A stretch of DNA of 64,000 bases from Eledone cirrhosa (taxonomy: Eukaryota). The notes beneath the pieces were generated by a model. The model worked only from the letters and a program-made list of their open reading frames with translations. It did no database searches and was not told the origin of the DNA. Made by a program: the position numbers and the translations under genes. Shown here in pieces: positions 58,651-64,000 of this stretch (positions are counted from its first letter, which is position 1; the number at the start of each line of letters is the position of its first letter). Location: the NCBI GenBank assembly GCA_964016885.1, contig OZ024755.1, forward strand, positions 39,246,001 through 39,310,000. The letters are read 5' to 3'.

Positions 58651-58693
<43 letters not shown>

Positions 58694-58694
58694 T

Positions 58695-59060
58695 AAAATA
58701 AAGTTAAATAAAAGTCAAATGATTAAAATTTAGCTTCGTTTATTACTGCTATATATATTTCAGTGACAGCCATCTTTGGCTGTGACCTCTTCAGGCAGTT
58801 TGAATTAGTATGGTATAGACAAGTACATATGTTCTTGTCTATACCATACTAATTCAAACTGCCTGAAGAGGTCACAGCCAAAGATGGCTGTCACTGAAAT
58901 ATATATAGCAGTAATAAACGAAGCTAAATTTTAATCATTTGACTTTTATTTAACTTTATTTTACACTACTCCGGAGTAACCAAACCAACCTGCGCACCTC
59001 GTCGAGTGTTCCAGCCTGCATACTGAGGTGTTGGTATACAACCAACATAAACTCAAAACC
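58695..59060. mobile_element. Family C fold-back with hammerheads at 58745-58799(-) and 58858-58912(+)
   Basis: Near-perfect palindrome 58695-58962; actgc-CTGAAGA-stem II-GAAA-TATATA-TA-gcagt-AATAAA. Confidence 0.87.
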
Positions 59061-59655
59061 TATATACATATATATATATATACACATATATAAACATATA
59101 TATATGTATATATATATATACATATATATATGTATATACATATATACATATATAAATGTATATACATATATATATGATTATATATATATATATATACATA
59201 TATATATGTATATACATATATTCATATATATATAAACATATATATATATGTATATACATATATTCATATATATATAAACATATATATATATGTATATAAA
59301 TTAATATGTATGTGATGAAACACAGATACCAACACATCTGTATATATATCGTGAAAGAAAAATTTAGTCAGATTGAAGTATACTAATTATTATACTACAC
59401 TTTGTCCATATCGATTTAAAATAATAAATCAACGGAGACGAACTGTATTGGCAAAAGCCGTGATGTTTAGGCACATTTAACTTTCAAAATCAAACCTGTT
59501 CCGTAGATAAGTTTAGACTTTAAGATCCAAATATGTTTCGAGTTAAATAAGTGTAGGAATATCAAGTCCGCTCTCCTCAGTAAACATCCGGGGATATATT
59601 TTTCCTCATTCGAGCTGATTCCATTGTAAAAGAATTCATTACCTTATTAATTTTA

Positions 59656-59695
<40 letters not shown>

Positions 59696-59698
59696 TAC

Positions 59699-59823
<125 letters not shown>

Positions 59824-59838
59824 TACATATATATATAT

Positions 59839-59869
<31 letters not shown>

Positions 59870-59897
59870 TACACTATATATATATATATATACATAT

Positions 59898-59986
<89 letters not shown>

Positions 59987-60017
59987 TATATACATATATA
60001 CATATATACATACATAT

Positions 60018-60060
<43 letters not shown>

Positions 60061-60187
60061 TACATATATATATATACATATATACATATATATATATACA
60101 TATATACATATATATATATATATACATATATACATATATATATATATATAATATACATATATACATATATATATATGTATATATATA

Positions 60188-60533
60188 TACAAAAGTTTTC
60201 TTTAAAATTGTTGGGTTACAACAAGTAAATATTTTATAACTGATATAAAGCACTCGACAAGTTTTTGGAGTGGATATACGATATTAAACAAATGGAAACT
60301 ATATTTATAAAACCATATTTATTTCATTATACATATTTCAGGGAAGCTGTCTGGACAGCTTCCAAATATAATGGTCACTTATAATAGGGTACGTCAAAAT
60401 TATTTTATAAAACTGTTTATATATTGTATTTTATCTGACGAAGGCATGCCGTATTTTTAATATGGTATCCCTGAAATATGTATAATGAAATAAATATGGT
60501 TTTATAAATATAGTTTCCATTTGTTTAGTATCG

Positions 60534-60536
<3 letters not shown>
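60188..60536. mobile_element. Family A fold-back, asymmetric, with intact hammerhead at 60427-60492(+)
   Basis: Left arm breaks inside stem II at ~60341 and joins hairpin GGAAGCTGTC-TG-GACAGCTTCC. Confidence 0.85.
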
Positions 60537-60611
<75 letters not shown>

Positions 60612-60614
<3 letters not shown>

Positions 60615-61377
60615 TGTAGAAGATACGAATACCAGGTACAAACGCCTAACAGAACTAAGAGAATTTTTGCTCAAACAAAAATACCCATCTCTACTTATAG
60701 AAAATGACATTTCAGCGGGCTATAAAAATACCTATACAACAACTTAGAACAACCCAAGGAAGAAGAAACCAAGAACTGGTCATACCATTTATAATGACAC
60801 ACAACCCATGTCACCAGAATATCTTCAACACTGCCAAAGCAAACCTACCGATCATTGCTCAAAGTAATGAATTAAAAGGCTTAATCATAGATCGATCTTT
60901 GACTCTTAGTAAAAGACAGCCAAAAAATTTGAAGCAATTGCTAACAAAAGCAAAGTTTGACCTTAACAACAAAGACCAATCATTCACTGTATCTAAATGC
61001 AATGATAATCGATGCGGCACATGTCAATCCATACACGCCGGTCAATATATGAAAACAAAAACTGGAAAAATATTCCCAAATGCAAATATGAACTGCAAAA
61101 GCAGAAATCTAATTTACTGCATTAAATGCCCGAATTGTGAAGAACTATATGTCGGTCAAACTGGAAATGCACTATCGGTGCGTGCACGGGTACACCGACA
61201 ACAAATCAGAGACCCAAATGTCCGTCAGATACCCCAAAGCGGCCACCTGGCAACATGTGGTCAGGGAATATTATAATATTCCCATTCTACAAATTACACA
61301 GCACAAGTGAAATCAAGAGAAAAATCAAAGAAAAGAATTTTATTGATAAATACAAACCCAAGCTAAATGAACAATAA
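60612..61377 (+). pseudogene. Penelope-like ORF C-terminus (Cys-rich linker + GIY-YIG endonuclease)
   Basis: RQPKNLKQLL, CNDNRCGTC, CKSRNLIYCIKCPNCEELYVGQT..RARVH, REIKRKIKEKNFI-like helix ending PKLN; frameshifts. Confidence 0.9.
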
Positions 61378-61751
61378 TAACGCCTAGGGGTATTACTTCT
61401 ACTACCACTATGACCACGACCACTAACAACAACAACAACAACAATAATAATAATAATAAAAGTGATGTTGATGGTGATGATTAATAGAAAATGTTATTTT
61501 CATCATTTCAAAAAGCAAAACAATTGATACGTTGGATATGACTATTGGTCGTTAGCATGCTCAACCAGCCGTGACGCTTAAACCAATCAGCTGTAGTAAT
61601 TCAGTGAAACTACACACTGATTGGTCGAAATACAGTTTACAGGGCTTTGCATTCTGGAGCCACTTTTCTCTGTATGAAATGTATAAAAGGTAGGAAATTT
61701 ACCCATCTCATTACAGTTGAAAATTGCAAACTCGACTGTCACCACATATCA

Positions 61752-61790
61752 TGAACCTAAAGATTGCGAAAGCATGAAAGTACTTGTTCA
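61752..61790 (+). ncRNA. Hammerhead with one core substitution (CTAAAGA)
   Basis: tgaac-CTAAAGA-ttgc gaaa gcat-GAAA-GTAC-TT-gttca. Confidence 0.7.
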
Positions 61791-61940
61791 ATTAACACTT
61801 AGAATTTAATATTCTATCATACTATTTCATTATAATACCATTATATATATTTTAAAGGATTGTAAATAAAACGAGTAAATCAGACAAAGTTGGAATTCCT
61901 CTTATTAATATAATCTTCTATACACAATCATACACACCCG

Positions 61941-62162
61941 TGTATATTTACCTATCAATATCTATATATATATATATATACATATATACATATATATATA
62001 TATGTACATATATATATGTATGTACATATATATATATATGTATATATATATATGTATATACATATATATATGTATATATATATATATATATGTATATACG
62101 TATATACATATATATGTATATACATATATATGTATATGTTTATATATACACCTATATACATA

Positions 62163-62202
<40 letters not shown>

Positions 62203-62868
62203 TATATGTATATATATATATATACATATATATATGTATATATATATATACATATATTTATATATATATATATATATATACATATATTTATATATATATA
62301 TATATATATACATACATATATTTATATATATATATATATATATACATACATATATTTATATGTATATATATATACATACATATATTTATATATATATACA
62401 TATATTTATATATATATATACATATATTTATATATATATATATATATGCATACATATATTTATATATATATATATATACATACATATATTTATATGTATA
62501 TATATATATACATACATATATTTATAGGTATATATATATATACATATATTTATATGTATATATATATATATACACATTTATATGTATATATATATATATA
62601 TACATATATTTATATGTATATATATATATATACATATATTTATATGTATATATATATATATGTACATATATTTATATGTATATATATATATACAGATATT
62701 TATATGTATATATATATATATATACACATACATATATTTATATATATATATACATACATATATTTATATGTATATATATATATATATACACATACATATA
62801 TTTATATATATATATACATACATATATTTATATATATATATTTATATATACATACAAATATTTATATA

Positions 62869-62922
<54 letters not shown>

Positions 62923-62987
62923 CATACATATATTTATATATATATATATATACATACATATATTTATATATATATATATATATACAC

Positions 62988-63018
<31 letters not shown>

Positions 63019-63053
63019 CATACATATATTTATATATATATATATGTACACAC

Positions 63054-63084
<31 letters not shown>

Positions 63085-63174
63085 TATATATATATATATA
63101 CATATATACACATATATATATATATATATATACATACATATATTTATATTTATATATATATACATACATATATT

Positions 63175-63210
<36 letters not shown>

Positions 63211-63450
63211 TATATATATATATACATACATATATTTATATATAGGTGTATATATATATATATATATATACACATATATATATATTTATATATATATACA
63301 TACATATATTTTTATATATATATATATATATACATATATTTATATATATATATTTATATATACATACATATATTAATATATATATATATATATATACATA
63401 CATATATTTATATATATACATATACATACATATATATACATACATATATT

Positions 63451-63485
<35 letters not shown>

Positions 63486-63492
63486 ATACATA

Positions 63493-63528
<36 letters not shown>

Positions 63529-63578
63529 CATATATTTATATATATACATATACATACATATATATACATACATATATT

Positions 63579-63618
<40 letters not shown>

Positions 63619-63626
63619 CATATATT

Positions 63627-63672
<46 letters not shown>
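61941..63672. repeat. (TA)n/TATACA/TATTTA microsatellite tract
   Basis: Direct inspection. Confidence 0.95.
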
Positions 63673-63674
<2 letters not shown>

Positions 63675-64000
63675 CAATATTAAACAAATGGAAACTATAT
63701 TTATAAAACCATATTTATTTCATTATACATATTTCGGGGATACCATATTAAAAATATGGCATGCCTTCTTCAGATAAAATACAATATATAAACAGTTTTA
63801 TAAATAATTTTGACGTACCATAAATATTGATCAACTTTTATGTAAGAAGTTGGTTTGGTAGTGAAATGTTTATAAATATTTAGTGTTAAGCACAGTTAAA
63901 AAGAAAGGCTGAGAAAAAGAAGAAATGTATGTAAAGAAAAACAGAGAGAAATAGAGAGAGAAAGGGGAGAGAGAAATAGTGAGGAGGTGAAAAAAGAGAT
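63673..64000 (-). mobile_element. Family A arm with hammerhead at 63716-63781(-), running off the window
   Basis: Matches 46385-46710. Confidence 0.85.

Larger units (their letters stand above)
60612..61940 (+). mobile_element. 5'-truncated Penelope-like retroelement
   Basis: RT-thumb/GIY-YIG coding remnant, 3' UTR with hammerhead-like motif, (TA)n on both sides. Confidence 0.88.

Noticed and set aside
59520-59585. Minus-strand CTGAGGA-gag..ctc-GAAA hammerhead-like core
   Set aside because: Stems I and III could not be paired convincingly; at best a decayed copy

Overview
Repeat-saturated animal genomic DNA. The SINE/LINE complement and the very large (TA)n load resemble a cephalopod (octopus-like) genome, which is an inference. 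No intact protein-coding gene is visible. Almost all long ORFs in the track are microsatellite or minisatellite artefacts; only two or three weak candidate host exons remain. Recognisable content: tRNA-derived SINEs of two families, decayed LINEs (Dong/R4-like, RTE-like, CR1/L2-like), a hAT-Charlie-like transposon with TIRs and an 8-bp TSD, two non-autonomous Helitrons, Penelope-like GIY-YIG remnants, and two long minisatellites (58/60 bp and 48 bp). The main signal is in the short unique islands between (TA)n tracts. They carry about 25 type I minimal hammerhead ribozyme motifs (CTGANGA...GAAA-palindrome-TH) from more than 10 sequence families. These occur as fold-back palindromes with both 3' ends facing (TA)n, as partial tandems, or as a near-identical ~470-bp head-to-tail trimer (39457-40874) that looks like a retrozyme able to make circular RNA. 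Two families are physically linked to Penelope-like GIY-YIG ORF remnants. All ribozyme calls were made by eye from motif and pairing inspection and are untested; coordinates may be off by a few bases.
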